From NCBI GenBank assembly GCA_964016885.1, contig OZ024744.1, positions 43,090,001 through 43,154,000 on the forward strand: a DNA stretch of 64,000 nucleotides. The letters run 5' to 3'. This DNA is from Eledone cirrhosa. Lineage: Eukaryota. A program made the position numbers and the translations under genes. Below are positions 1 through 16,741 of the stretch, piece after piece. The notes under the pieces are model-generated. The model was not told where the DNA came from. It did no database searches and saw nothing but the letters and a program-made list of their open reading frames with translations. The first letter of the stretch is position 1; every line of letters begins with the position of its first letter.

Positions 1-149
1 CAAAGAAGAGCTGGGGTAGAAGGACTAAGGAGGGAAGGGGGAAGGAAATAAAGGAAGCGATAAAAGAATAAAAAGAAGATCTTACGTCTCCCTTGGCAAG
101 CAGGGGTTACCCATTGCAAAATCGGCAAGTGGGGTTTTATAGCCCTAGT

Positions 150-1337
150 CTACCCCCCCTCCCCCGGGTCATTATGGGGTTTGAGGGCGAGGTAAGTCCT
201 ACGCAATCTATGTTTACATGCAGTAACCAATTCATCTTTCTTGTTTAGGAGTTGGTCCGTCGAAAACAGCATTTGTAAAGTTTCCTCCGAGCATAAATTG
301 CACGGACGGCGTCCTCCCGTGTAAGAATTGGCTCTGGACAGTAATCTCCAAGTGAGATCATAGGTATTGTTGTTGTCTTTGAGGTCCCATATGTGGTCCG
401 AAAGTGTAGTGGCGTGACGCCGGGCCGGGTTTCGGAAGGTATGTCTATGTTGGTATAGCCGGGTCTTGAAGTCACATGCGGTAAGTCCTATATAGGCTTT
501 GTTGGAGGTATCCGTCCTCACGTTGCACTGGTAGATCACATTACGGTCTCTGCATCTATTGTCGAGTGGGCAAATGGATCTATCCGGACAGTTACACCTC
601 CTGGTCGGTTCTCCACTGCTATTTAGGTTATTTCTGCCATCGGGGTTGATTTTTTTGTTGTTAGAGGAGACGATGTTTTGTGCGAAGTTTGGTGTAGTGC
701 TGTAAGAGAGTTTGATGGTATTTTTGTTAATTATGTTGTGGTAGCGGTGTTGTAGTGGGAAGTGTTTTTCAATGAGCCTAAAGAATAGTTTCCCGATGGG
801 AGTTGTCACCTCTGCGTTGTGGGGAGGATTGAACCATGTTACATTGCGTGAGCGGCGGTGTCTCCTGCTGGTTCCGCTAATGGGAGCTGGATAGTAGGAT
901 ATTTCCTCCCGGAAACCACTCCGCTTGAGGGCCTGGTTGTAATAAGGCGCATGTTCATCTAATATCCGCTCATTAGCTGACAAACGGGATATGCGGAGGG
1001 AGATGTTTTTGACCAGGTTGTTTGTGATGTTCCTAGGATGGTTTGATCGGCGGTGGATGTAGTGCAGGTTGTCATTAGGTTTCCTGTATGGGTAGTACAG
1101 GTCTTTTTCGAGGTCGAGGGTCACGTCCAGGAAGTTTACTCGGGTCAGGGACGTTTGTAGGGTTATTTTAAATCCCCAGTCGCGGAAGAAGCTGATTAAT
1201 TGTTTCCGGACCCGATCTGTACTACTGGGGTTGTACCCTTTAAGGGTAAGGAGCCCATCATCACGGTACAATCCACCACCGAATGCAGGAAACATATCAG
1301 TGAGTTTGGCTATTAGGAATAATCCTATAAGATCTTG
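150..1337 (-). mobile_element. Penelope-like element (Naiad-type) #1: 5'-truncated RT C-terminal half plus GIY-YIG endonuclease
   Basis: ORF 150..1295 has GLYRDDG (PLE RT catalytic motif), VNFLDVTL, WFNPP, CNCxxxxxCPL, YIG..FKTRLYQH (GIY-YIG) and CNLC. Homology continues upstream (DLIGLFL) to ~1337. Confidence 0.93.
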
Positions 1338-1390
1338 AGTACTTTGGTGCGTTATGGTCCACCTGGTTCCTTACCACATTTCCTTCGTTA
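1338..1390 (+). repeat. Inverted pseudo-LTR tail fused to the truncated 5' end of PLE #1
   Basis: TGAGTACTTTGGTGCGTTATGG...TTCCTTCGTTA followed by (TA)n. A near-identical sequence ends the hammerhead-bearing unit at ~27233-27290. Confidence 0.6.
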
Positions 1391-1743
1391 TATATATATA
1401 TGTGTGTGTGTGTGTGTATATATATAATGTAGAAGGTGAGTTTTATTGTACCACAATAAAGCAATGCAAATATCGGATAAGTAGCACTCAACAGTTTATT
1501 GGACTGGAGTATATATAAGAAGAAAAGTGGGGAAGTAAAACATGTAAAAATTGTTAAGATATAAAGTAAGTGAATCAAAAAGCAGGGGGAGTGGGGTCAC
1601 TAGTGGATGTGAAGTGAAAATAAAAATAAAAATAAAAATAAATCTGCAAACGAAGTCTGTAAAGAGGGTAAGTTAAGGACAGTGCAGATGTTTAGACACT
1701 ACCTTGCAATAAGTGTTTTTTTAAGCTTCATATCATGTCTCCC

Positions 1744-1814
1744 TATTTTATCTGATGAGAACGCAAATATCGTCCCTGGATGATATTTGTTTTAGAAATG
1801 CACATAATAAAATA
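1744..1814 (+). ncRNA. Type I minimal hammerhead ribozyme (family A, slightly degenerate)
   Basis: TATTTTAT-CTGATGA-helix II (GCAAATATCGTCC/GGATGATATTTGT)-GAAA-TGCACA-TA-ATAAAATA. Has one extra A before GAAA. Homologous to 13126-13192. Confidence 0.8.
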
Positions 1815-2281
1815 CATGGAACATTTTTAACCATCTTTTAATTTCTTCTTATATATACACACACACACATATATATATATATATACACACATACATACAC
1901 ACACATGCATACACACATATATACACGCATACATACGTACACACACAATTAATTATAATAAAAAATAAAATACCATGAACAACCATATAATGCAATAGGC
2001 CGTCACATACAAATAAAAAATATAAAATAAGACTGAAGAAAATAAAAATTATTATTAAGTTGACAGCGATACAGGAAAGGACACAAATAAATAAACAAAC
2101 ATACGTGGTAAGCAATATACACATACACATACATGCATATAAATATATACATACACACACACATATACATATATATGTATAAATGAAATATATATATATA
2201 TATATATATATATTATGGAATACTGTTGGCTTTTTGCTACAATGTTTTCTATATATTTCATTTATATATATATATATATAT

Positions 2282-3015
2282 ATGCAAAAGTTCTATTTAA
2301 ATTATTGGGATACAACAAGCAAATATTTTTATAACTGATATAAAGCACTCAACAAATAATTGGAGTAAAAATACAATATTGACAAATGGAAACTATATTT
2401 ATAAAACCATATTTATTTCATTATACATATTTCAAGGACACCAAGTTAAATTATGGTGTGCTTTCATCAGATAAAATATAATATAGAGCAGTTTTATAAA
2501 TAAATATTGACATACCCTTAAAGAATGCAACCATTACTGTTGGAGGCTCCCGGATAGTGGAGTTATATTTATACTTATAGTATTAGGTAAGTTAGTATTG
2601 GATATTTTAAAATAAGTCGTTGGGTTACGGAGAAAGAGAAAGAGAGAGAGAGCAGAATAACAGAGAGAGAGAGAATAACAACAGAGAGAGAAAAGAAATA
2701 GAAATAGAAAAAAGAAAAAGAGAGAGAGAGAGGAGAAAGGGAAAGGAGAGAGAGAGTGAAAACTCCAAGTCATATCTTGTTGATTTATCTTAACATTTGA
2801 GATGAAATGAATAAATAAAATTAGAAATATTAATAATCATGAATGGAATATACATATATAATATGAGAAATTTAACCATTGTTTAAATATGATTAAATGT
2901 TTAGTTAATCAGTTATAATATTGAGATCAATACTTTAAAAATTGAGATCTATATATTAAGAAATCTATATATTATTATTAAGACTATATATTATAAGAAG
3001 AATATAACACATATA
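2282..3015 (-). repeat. 3' pseudo-LTR of PLE #2
   Basis: Near-identical to 6306-7050 (offset ~4024 bp). Confidence 0.9.
2414..2478 (-). ncRNA. Type I minimal hammerhead ribozyme (family B)
   Basis: Minus strand: TATTTTAT-CTGATGA-AAGcACACCA/TGGTGTcCTT-GAAA-TATGTA-TA-ATGAAATA. Confidence 0.88.
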
Positions 3016-4066
3016 CATACGCAAAAATATAAATATATATACACACGTATAAATATATATATATATATATCTAACTACGTATATAATATATACATACAAA
3101 ATATAAAGGATTTTTTAATTTAAGATATAGGAAAACTTATAAAATCAGAGAAAGTCTTTTCAATGTAATATCAAAGCAGCGTGAAGGAAAATTACGTTAT
3201 TTAGTTATATAGATGTTACAATTTTTAAGATATTAAAGGACATTTTTTTTGTTATACACACTTTATGTTATTATACAAAATTTTATATAAGTTTTATAAG
3301 ATTACCTGTTATGTAGTTATGACTGTTATTATATGTTTATTTGTCACGAACCTTGGGGAAATCTCTATAAATAAGTGCAATCGAGTTGTATGCGTATATA
3401 TATATACATACACGATTCACACATATACATATATATATATATATACACATGTACCCACACGAATATGTAGATATGCATCACATACACATATACATACAAA
3501 TAGACATACACGCATAAAACATATGTATATGGATATCAATACACACATATACATACACATACGCACATATATAGAGAGAATAATATATAAATATAGTACA
3601 TAGTATAATTGAAGTACATAAAATACAAAAGAATTATATTACGAGCTGGAAATATAATTATAAGCAATATAACTTTAAAACAATATAATAATTTTAAAAA
3701 TATTATAGAATATTTCAAGTTATAATTTTAAAATAATGATATGTTTAATAAATTTAGTATGAAAATTTTCTACGTATATTTAACTTAATTTACTTTTATA
3801 TCCATAAGAGAAAGAAAAAGAAAAAGAAACTTTCAAAAGATAAACTTTCGAAAATAGGAGAAACTATCAAAAATTATTTTCCCCTTTTAAGAGCTTTCAG
3901 TATATTTCTCTAGAAGAATTTATTATGTTTATTTATATTTAGGAAGAAAAGTTTTTTTACTTGAGTTGATAATCAGTCAAAAAAAATGAAGGAATCTAAT
4001 GATTTATCGATAGGTTCAATATATTAATAAAATTAATTAATTAATTATATATTACGTTTTAAATCT

Positions 4067-6258
4067 TTATTTAAACGTTGAGTTCAATCTATGTCTACAG
4101 CAACTGAATAAATTGTTCCTTAGGTTCAGGGAATTTTTGGTCTTTAATATAAAGAATATTTCCTCTATACAAAGATCACAATTTTCTGAAGAGGAGTTAA
4201 AAGGAGTAGCTTTTGAAATAATATTCCAAATCAACGAATATTTAACATTCTTTAGTTTGAGGTCCCATAATAAGCTAGATAGAAAAGTTGAAGATTTTTT
4301 GTTTGGATCCGTAAAAGAATTTTTATGATTATTGAAGCGGGATTTAAACTCTGTGGAAGTGGATCCCACATAATTAAATGAATTTAAATTAGTTTTTACA
4401 TTACAATTATATACTATATTTTTAGCTAAGCAATTGTTATTTAACGGACAGTTAGATTTAATTCTACAGTTACATTTATCAATTTGGATATTGTTTGGGT
4501 TATTAGCGGTATTTTGGTTAGGTTTTAAATTTTTATTATTAATTCTATTAATTTTTGCGCTAAGTTTTTGGTGGAAGAATAAGTTAATTTTATAGTATGT
4601 CTATTAAAAATTGAATAATATCTATGTGTTCTAGGGAAGCATTTGTCAAGAGCTTTAAAAAATAGTTTAGCAATAGGGGTTTTAATATTTAATGAGAAAG
4701 GAGGAGCGAACCATAATATGTTCCTAGTTCTATTTCTTTTTTTGTTTTCGGAATTATTGTAAGGTTTTCTATTATAGTTGTTAAAATTGTTAAAATAGTT
4801 AAAATTGTTACGATTATGGTTAGATGTTATATTATTATTATCAATGTATTTAATTTTATTTCTATACCCAGCTCTACCTAACGCTTCGTTGTAATAATGT
4901 GCTTTTTCATCAAATATATTCTTATTAGCTGAAATTCTCGAAATTTGTTCCTGTACAGAGTTCACTATAGTATTTTTAACGGATCTGGGGTGATTAGAGT
5001 TAAAGTTGACGTAGTTTAAGTTCTCATTTAGTTTGTGAAATGGATAATGAAGACATGTGTTAAGGTTTAGTGTTACATCTAGAAAGTTAACTATTTTATG
5101 GTCATTCTCTATTTCTACTTTTAGATTAAGGTAATTATAAAATTGTATAATTTGTTTTCTTTTTCTATTTAGTTCACAGTTATTATTTTCTATATCTAAA
5201 AGCATGTCGTCACGATATAAACCTCCGGTTAAATCAGGTATTTTCCTATGTAGAGAATTATTTATAAAGAGGCCCACAAGATCCGTTACCTGAGCGGAAT
5301 CGGATGATCCCATAGTTATATCGAAGTTATTATTTCTATCTGCCCAAGTCCAGAGTTGGTTATTAAATTCTATTAATGTTTTCCGTGCCAATAATATAAT
5401 GTGCATTTCATTGCTAGTTAAGTCTGTATGTTTAAATGCGTAAGTTAGTGCTTTATTCAGTAGATTAGGAGTGATAGATCAGTAATAGTTAGCAATATGC
5501 AACTGAATAAACTTATTATTATAGTTATATTTAATTTCCTTAAACCAATCGATAACTTCACTAGTTCCTTTCCCTAATTTTAAATAAGATAAATTCTTAA
5601 TTTGTGGTATTATTCTGTCTAAAATGCTTTTGCTAAGTCTGCCAAGGTCCGATTTAGATGGTGCAATTAATCTGACTGGTAAATCCGTTTCAAAATTCCT
5701 TTTGTGATCCTTCATATTAATCTTAGGTTTCCTTGGCATGGGGGTTGTGTTTTAATTTCAATGCTTAGTTCATGCATTATAAGAGGCTTCTGTATTCAAT
5801 TTTTCAAGGTCGTCATTATTTGCTACTTTGTATTTCTTCCTTAATTCCTTTAATATAAGATCGTTATAAATGTCCTTTTGTATTCCGTAAAGATTATTGG
5901 TTTTGTCAGACTTGACTAGAATTTTCTCCGTTCTCTCCAAGTTTTCAATATTATTTTAAATATTTCTTAAGTAATCCTGGCTTTTGAAGTTGTTTTTGAA
6001 TTTGATGCTTTGGATGATAGATATGATTTCATTTTCAAAATCCATTAGTAGTTTGTTGGGAGTGAAATCTTTTTAGATTTGAAGATTTTATCCAGATTGG
6101 AGACATTTTCATTTAGATTAGATTTATCGAAGTGGAAAGCACGCCACCTGATTCTTCTTATAAAAGAGTCTGATTTTTTTTATTAATTGTTTAATAAAAT
6201 CTTTGTTCCTAGGTAAAGGTATTTCTTTTAGAGAAGAAGGAATCTTAAAGAATTCCAT
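4067..6258 (-). pseudogene. PLE #2 RT + GIY-YIG ORF, disrupted by stops and frameshifts
   Basis: ATG at 6258 gives MEFFKIPSSLKEIPLP..IRRIRWRAF. Further motifs: KDHKRNF..VRLIAPSKSDLG, FDITMGS, GLYRDD, CNCRIKSNCPL, YVGSTS, CDLC. Confidence 0.92.
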
Positions 6259-6305
6259 TTTTTCAGTTATAATATAAAGCGCTCAACAATACAGGAGCAG
6301 AATAT

Positions 6306-7260
<955 letters not shown>

Positions 7261-7653
7261 GTGTGTATAAGTGTTAAGACTCTATTGGTTTTTTTCCCTG
7301 GATGTCACAAAATTTGGGGATGAAATCTCTGTCTTGATAATTTTTGAATTGAGTTTGAATTATTTACCCATATCTTACGTTAATTATTTTATACGTTATA
7401 TCTATATATGTATATATAAAAATACATAAATATTATATATATATATAAATAAAAAGGTGGAAGGGGTAAAAAAATAGTTGGGAATATGACAAATAATAAA
7501 CAAATAATTAAATAGATAATGGCATAAATGTTTATAGCTGATTTAGAGCACTTAACAAGTTCCTGGAGCAAATAATCAATGAAAATAAACATTAAATCAC
7601 TCTGTATGTAATTATGCATATGCATACACATATATATACACACACACAACCAT

Positions 7654-7742
<89 letters not shown>

Positions 7743-7745
<3 letters not shown>

Positions 7746-7790
7746 AAGTATGACCCCGACGGCAGAGCTCAACCCGTTTCGACAGCTATT
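7743..7790 (-). ncRNA. 3' half of a hammerhead ribozyme (family F fragment)
   Basis: AATAGCTGTC-GAAA-CGGG-ttgagctct-GCCG-TC-GGGGTCA between (TA)n tracts; no CTGANGA. Confidence 0.55.
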
Positions 7791-7905
7791 ATATATATAT
7801 ATATATATAAATATAAATGAAAATAGAGAAAATGGAGAAATTAATGTCAGCAAGAAGCCAACAGTAATTCATAATATATAAATGACTATTACGTCAAAAT
7901 GTGTG

Positions 7906-7998
<93 letters not shown>

Positions 7999-8413
7999 AT
8001 ATTCACACACACATATATACAAAAAGTTACATCACCACGATAATAAAAATACACACACACATATAAACACACACATATATATACAGATATATATACATAC
8101 ATATACATACAGATATATATAATTATATACACATATATACATACATATATATATATATATACATATATACACATATACACGATACATACATACACACAGA
8201 AATAAATATCTATAAATAAAAAAGGTGGGTATGTAAAGGGTAAGGTAGAAAGTAGGGAGGAATAAGGAAAATAAATAACATAGGAAAAGGTTTATATATA
8301 TCTGTATGTATATGTATGTGTATATATATATATATATGTGTTTATATGTGAGTGTGTGTATTTTCATTATCGTGGTGATGTAACTTTTTGTATATATGTG
8401 TGTGTGTGTATAT

Positions 8414-8503
<90 letters not shown>

Positions 8504-8519
8504 GCCGTCGAAACAGGTT

Positions 8520-9399
<880 letters not shown>

Positions 9400-9711
9400 A
9401 TGGTTGTCTGTGTGTGTATGTATATATGTCTATGTATATGCATAATTACATACAGAGTGATTTAATGTTTATTTTCATTGATTATTTGCTCCAGGAACTT
9501 GTTGAGTGCTCTAAATCGGCTATAAACATTTATACCTTTATCTATTTAATTATTTATTTATTATTTGTCGTATTCCCAACTATTTGTTTACCCCTTCCAC
9601 CTTTTTATTTATATATATATTGGCTTCTTACTCACATCAAATTCTCTATTTTCATTTATATATATATATATATATATATATAGTTATGTAATAAACAACA
9701 TAAGGTAATTA

Positions 9712-9772
9712 TTTCATTTACCAGTAGTTTCTTGAAAGCAAACAAATTTTGCTTTCAATCATCAGAATGAAA
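9712..9772 (-). ncRNA. Type I hammerhead ribozyme (family C)
   Basis: Minus strand: TTTCATT-CTGATGA-TTGAAAGCA/TGCTTTCAA-GAAA-CTACTGG-TA-AATGAAA; cleavage triplet GUA. Confidence 0.9.
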
Positions 9773-10216
9773 ATATCCTGGTGTATTTATTGACATTGGA
9801 TTTTATAAACAAAAATATAATCTATATTAAAGTGAGGCTGGTAAAGGAAGAAGGAGGGGAAAAATAAACACACACACCCACACATATACATACACACACG
9901 CATATACATATACACATACATATACAAATATATAAATATATATGTATATATATACATATATATACATACATACATACACACACACACATATATATACAAA
10001 TACACATACATATACATAAACATATACATACATACACACATATATATCCACATATCCATACATACACATACGCACAAATACACACATGTATATATATATA
10101 TATGTGTGTGTGTGTATATGTGTGTGTGTAGGAGGTGAGTTTTATTTTAGCACAATAAAGCAATGCAAATATCGGATAAGTAGCACTCTACAGTTTGTAG
10201 GACTGGAGTATAAATA

Positions 10217-13200
10217 ATATAAGATCAAAAGATGTTAGTAAATCCATCTGGGATAGAACTATCCCACAGGTTCGTTCTAATTGCTCTATTTCTAACTTAA
10301 ATTTATGGTTTGGTACATCTGAAGTAATTGGTTGGTTCAACAACCTGAACAAGAAAAACAAACAAAAATTGATTCTATTTGATATTGCCAGCTACTATCT
10401 TCTATTTCGCCTTCACTTCTCAACAATGCTCTATCTTTCGCTTTTAAATATTCTGACATCACCACAGATGAACTTCACATCATTCTCACCGCAAGAAAAA
10501 CCATCTTAGAATTCAACAATGAATACTGGACTAGAGCTGATACCTCCAACAACTTTGATATCACAATGGGTGCTTCCGATTCATCGCAATTGACTGATTT
10601 GATTTGTATTTTTATTTTGAATTCTTTAAATCGGAAAATTCCTCAACTTCGCGGTGGAATTTATCGTGACGATGGACTTTTTACTATCTTAAATTGAAAT
10701 TTAGTTAACCTTAATATTATTAAGAACAATATACGTGATCTCTTTAAGCAACATAACATTAAAATCGAATTTGATAACGTCAAACTAGCTAACTTCTTGG
10801 ATATATCCCTTAATCTTGACACTGGCCTATATTACCCTTACCATAAAAACAATGAGAATCTAAATTATGTTAATTTTAAATCTAACCACCCCACTAACAT
10901 TAAAAATGCTATAGTTAGTAATATTGGAAAAAGAATACCAAACCTATCCTCTAATAAAAATATATTTGATGCTAACGCCAATTACTATAATAATGCGCTT
11001 TCTAAAGCCGGTTATCCTGATAAAATTAAATACAGTAAAGAAACCAATCCTAGAAGGTCTTACAGTAAAATAATTAATTATGATCATTCCAATAACTTAA
11101 ATAAAAGACCTAGATACAAAAATATAATCTGGTATAATGCTCCTTTCTCTATTTCTATTAATAATAATATTCCTAAACTTTAGGGCCTTAGATAAATGCT
11201 TCCCTCCCTCACATATCTATAGTAAAATATTTAACAAACATACAATAAAATGTTCCTATTCCACCTCCTCCAACATCTCTAATATTATCTATAAACACAA
11301 CAATAAAATATTAAATATTAAATCACTTCCTTCCAACACTGAGTGTCATAATAATAGCAGTAGTACTCCCGACGTCATTGTTAACTCTAGGCTAGATTCT
11401 GCAAACTCAAATACGACGTCAAATGTAACTTTGTTGAATGTTCATAATACCAATCTAAATCAGGAAACTATTATTCCTATCGTAAATAACTTCTTCAATC
11501 CAATTCCTCCTATAAATAACACTAGGTCACTTGTTAATAGCTCTGTTAATTTCTCTAATCGCAATTGTAATTGCCCTGTTAAAACTAAATGTCCTCTCAA
11601 TAACCATTGTCTTGAAAAAAACTTAGTCTATGAATGTAAGGTTATAACTGATACCAATTCCTTTACCTATTTCGGTTCCACTTCCACCTCCTTCAAAGTG
11701 AGATTTTATAATTCAATTCGTCTTTTAGATACCAACTTAAAAGAACTAACACGGCACTCTCAGAACTCATATGGTCTTTGAAAGACAAAAATATTAACTA
11801 TAAAATCTCTTGGAGGAAAGTTTGTTCTGCCTCTTCCTACTTGAATGCCTCCCTATCCAGAACGTGTAATCTTTGCCTATCTGAGAAATTTACCATTATA
11901 TCTAATTTAGATTCTATGATAAATAGACGCACTGATTTATTTTCTCTCTGCTTGCATAAATTCCACAGAACATTCCATAAAGTATACAGCTAATATCTAA
12001 TACTTTGCTAGTTTAAAAACCTTTTTCTCAAAGGCTTCTATATTTTTTTTTAAATATACCCATCTTTCTACCTTATTTCAATATTATTTATTATATATTA
12101 TATAATACAAGTTACACATTCTATATAATTCCTCTTTATCACTTTCCTTTCTTCCTCTTTTCTTTTCTCTTTTTAATTTCTAACCTCTAATCTGTACTTT
12201 TTCATCCTAACTACTTCTCAATTCTTATTATTACTCACCACAACATATCCACTCTTCCATCTTTCTTCATATCATTGGCCATAAAAATTATTATTATCTT
12301 TTAAATACATTATAGTATTACCTTTAATAGTCCTTCGTAAACATAAATATTTTTTGACGTTAGATTTTTCTTCCTTAAGTTCCTTATCTCTTCCTTTCAT
12401 GCTCGTTTGACTTTTACATATTAATATTACAATACATAAAAACAAACTTAAACCCTAACTAATTTCCTTTAATATATTATATTATTACCATTAGAAAATA
12501 TTTCGTAAATATATATATTTTGATGTTAAATATTTTCTTCCTTAAACATTCTTTTCTTCTTTGCTTTCTGCGCTCATTTTTAAACAAACTATTTACATAT
12601 ATTACGCACACATATTACATTACATAAAAACAAACTTAAACACTAACTAATTCCTCTAAATTCATCCACTCTTCTACTTCTTATCACATTATATCCTTAA
12701 TAACATTAATATTTTAATTTTCATAATACATATTAACAATTTCTTTTCCTCGCACATATTATTAAACGCTTCAATATACAAACCTTAATTTAATATTATT
12801 CTTAAGCCCTTTTAATTTCAAATTCTTTTAAATTATCTATTTTCTTCCAACGGCTTTTTAGTTCCTCTCTGTGAGACAATATATATTTTTTTCTCAGTTG
12901 TAAAGGCTATCACTCACTCTCTCATACATCTCTCCTCCTCTCTCATCCTTCCTTCTTATACTTTTCCCCCACCATTCTTTACTCTCATCTCCTCCTCTTC
13001 CTTACCCTTTCCAACCCTCTCTCACTTTTTCCCAATATCACACATCAATCTTAAATTATTTTTCATATGTTGATTTAAAACTTCACTATTCACAAGTATT
13101 TTTTAACCTTCATATCATGTATCCCTATTTTATCTGATGAAAACGCAGATATCATCACATGATATTTGTTTTGAAATGCGCATAATAAAATACTTGGAAC

Positions 13201-13217
13201 TCTTTTAACCATCTTTT
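10217..13217 (+). mobile_element. Penelope-like element #3, 5'-truncated and frameshifted, with long 3'UTR ending in a hammerhead
   Basis: FDITMGAS and GIYRDDG (10550-10680), FLDISL, WYNAPFS, CNCPVKTKCPL, YFGSTS and CNLC to 11993; hammerhead at 13126. Confidence 0.9.
13126..13192 (+). ncRNA. Type I minimal hammerhead ribozyme (family A)
   Basis: TATTTTAT-CTGATGA-AAAcGCAGATATCA/TGATATTTGTTTT-GAAA-TGCGCA (palindrome)-TA-ATAAAATA. Confidence 0.9.
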
Positions 13218-13712
13218 GATCTTATATTATATATATATTTCTATAACTTTCATTTATATATATATATACATCTATATATATACATATACACACACAATCA
13301 TACATATATATAAAACACGTACATACGCACACATACATACACACATATATACACGCATACATACGCACACACAAATATTGATATACGTACACACACCTAC
13401 ATACGCACACACACACACAAAATATAATGGACGACCATATAGGCCGTCACATAAGAATAAAAAGTATTATAAAGTTGACAGCGATACAGGAGCCAAATAA
13501 ATGAACAAACACACGTGGTAAGCAATACACACAATTACACATACACATACTACATATAAATAAATACATACACACACAAACACATACATATACACACACA
13601 CACATATATATAAATACATACACACATGTGTATGTGTGTAAAACTCATTCTTAGATGTATTCATTGAACCTTGTTTAACTCTTAAATAATATACACATAT
13701 ATACACTCACAC

Positions 13713-13796
<84 letters not shown>

Positions 13797-13826
13797 CAAC
13801 AAAGAACGCTTAGAGCATAGGTATAT

Positions 13827-13884
13827 CTTTACTTGCTGACAGTGTTTCGTCCACACTATAAGTGGGACTCATCAGAGCATAAAG
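13827..13884 (-). ncRNA. Type I hammerhead ribozyme (family D, left arm)
   Basis: Reverse complement of 19402-19459. Confidence 0.9.
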
Positions 13885-16096
13885 AGTGATTACATATTAC
13901 ACAAGCAATAACAAATCCAAGACATTGAAGAGATAAAAAATAAAATATAAACATTGAAAAATAAGCATTGAAAAACAAGAAGTGCTATCAGTCACAGTTG
14001 GGCAGGGTGCTGTTAACATACAGTTACATACAAGCATACGCATAAGCATGAGCACCCACATGCAACCACACAACAGGCAGCCATATGCAACACATATAGT
14101 ATAGACTAATACAAATAACCAATACAATAACATATAGACTAATACAAATAACTAATACAATAACATATCATGGACGAGTATGCAAAAGCTAAGAGATGAA
14201 TGGTGGATATACAATGGGTAAAAATACAATGGGTAAAAGTAAGATAAACAAAGGATAGAAATAGATTAACCATAGATAAAAAATAGATTAACCATGGATA
14301 AGAGAAAGAGAATAGATAAGGAATAGACAAGAATAGATAAGATAGATAGGAGTAGATAAAAATAGATAAAAAATAGATAAAAAATAGACAAATAATATAT
14401 ATAAAAAATATAAAAAATATATATATAAAATATACAGATAGTAGAGATAAAGGGTAAAGAATAAAAATAAAATAAAATTATATAAAATAAAATACAATGA
14501 AATAAAATAAAATAAAGTAAAGTGAGATAAGATATATATTTTTAGAATATATTTCTTGAATATATCAGGGGCACACGAACGCCTTAAGTGTTACAGTTAG
14601 CCATATCACAACAATCAAAAGCACAAATGAGATTTATAATCAACAGGTGCTATGTCCACACTCGATTGAGTTGACCATTGCAGTGCAATGGAGACATCCC
14701 AGGTTAGGCAGTCACAGAAGTTCACACTCGAAAGTCACGGGTGTGCATTCACACAGTTGAGCGGTGGGGCAATCACAAAAGGTTCACACTCAGGGCAGGA
14801 ATCTATTGGTCAACAGAGGTATATCCACATCACTAGCGAGGACGTATGCAAGGAAGGTAGGTAAATTCACGGGCAGATAACTGAGTGTCACAACGTCACA
14901 AGGTAGCAAGCAAAATCGTTTACATCAACATGAACATCAAGAGGCAGATAAGTGGGCCGAAAGCAAGCAAGTGCAAGTGGGCTAGCCGAAAGCAAGCAAA
15001 TACAGTTGGGTTAGGCGGGTTAATATGCATACTCAACAGCGCATATAAAAAATATAAAAAATATAAAAAATATAAAAAATATAAAAAATAGCTTCAAATG
15101 CCAATATCCATGAGATCACAACATTGATGCATCCCAAGATTATACAACAATATGGTTAGTACGTATATGCATATACACACACCACATGCATATGCAGAGA
15201 CGGTAAACATATATATATATATTTATATATAGACATATACAACCACCTACACCCATACACGTATAAATGTATATACAAACACACACGCACACACACACAG
15301 CGTAGGACACCCGGGTCAAAGCGGATATAATACACAGAAATATCACATTAGGCCAACAAAGGTAGAACAGTCGCTCACACTGGTCACAGATAATACATTC
15401 AAGATAAATTCTTACGAGGAGATGCAGCAAAATTGATCAAAGTAAATTCTTACGAAGATATGCATGTCCACACGTGTAGTCGCCCGATTCGAGTGTAAAC
15501 AGACCGTTAATAACTACGGAGGGCTATCGGGGCCAAAACGTTACTTTTGGGATAATAACAACGACCGTCAATATATGGAAGGCCGATTGTGCTAGAAAGA
15601 CTACAACACCGGGCAAGAGCTCTCCGAAGTCAGCCTGTAGATCTTAAACCACAGAATAGGAGGGTAACACGTGCATATGCTACGTATCTACTGCTCACGG
15701 CGAGATGGCACAGGTCCGCCCACAGTTACAGGCTAGATTTCCATTTCCATTTGTGCAGCCTATATCGCAGTACACGCTCTACATAGATATATTACATCAT
15801 AACTCATGCGCATACAGAGGTCTGTACCTCCGTAAAATACACGTTGGGATAGACCCACCAATGCACTAAGGGTGGCTAGGCGAGCGTGGATGGGTCACAT
15901 CCACTGTGCCAAACAGGGGTGCTTATTAACATACACACCAACTCACCTGTACACCTCAATATCCAGATCAATATTCTCCCGCAGGCATACGTATACACAC
16001 ACAAACTCATATACATAGAAGATAAACAATAGGAAACAATTACACACAATAAGAGACAGTTACATAAGATAGCCCAACTGGAGAATTAAGAAAGTG

Positions 16097-16741
16097 CTAG
16101 CTAATAGGTTTAAAGTAGAAGAAAGAGCTTAATATTCGGTGGGGGCAAGAGGAAAATATTTCTGACTTTCTGTTTAGTAGAGAGCATTTAGCAAATATAA
16201 TAGAGTGGGATTCAGCAAGGCATAGGTTACATACTCTATTATGAGGAGTATATGAATGGGATTTAGCAACCTGCCGCCAAGTGAGGGTGTAATGTGTTCG
16301 TGCATTTTTTAAATTGTGGACGTACGCTGCCAAGGAGGTGGAATTCCTCAGTTTATTGTGTCTAAAAGTGCACTGGTGAGAGTTAAAGCTGGTCTTAAAG
16401 GGGGTGGAAGTTGATCCTATATAAGTTTTAGTGGACGCCGTAATTACCACATCACACGCGTAAACTATGTTTCTAATAAGGCAGAAACCATTCAGGGGGC
16501 AGCCCGAAGCCCTTCTACAGTTACAATTTCTGGTGATGCTATTCTCAGAATGATCACCAGCTTGCTGACCACGTGTGTCCAGGCTCCCTCTGTCCACTAC
16601 CGTGTTTTCCCCTAGGCTTAGGTTGTCTAGGCCTTCCTTTATTTTCCTATTATTAGTATTGGCCAGATGAGAGGCCAGATTTTGGGTTGTAGAATACGAA
16701 ATTTTAACAACATTCTTATTGAGGATAGAGTGGTACCTATT
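16097..16741 (-). pseudogene. PLE #4 C-terminal fragment (CxCx5C + GIY-YIG)
   Basis: ILNKNVVKISYSTT in the spacer, then CNCRRASGCPLNGFC, IVYAC, YIGSTS, CNLCLAE, SSCPH. Confidence 0.88.
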
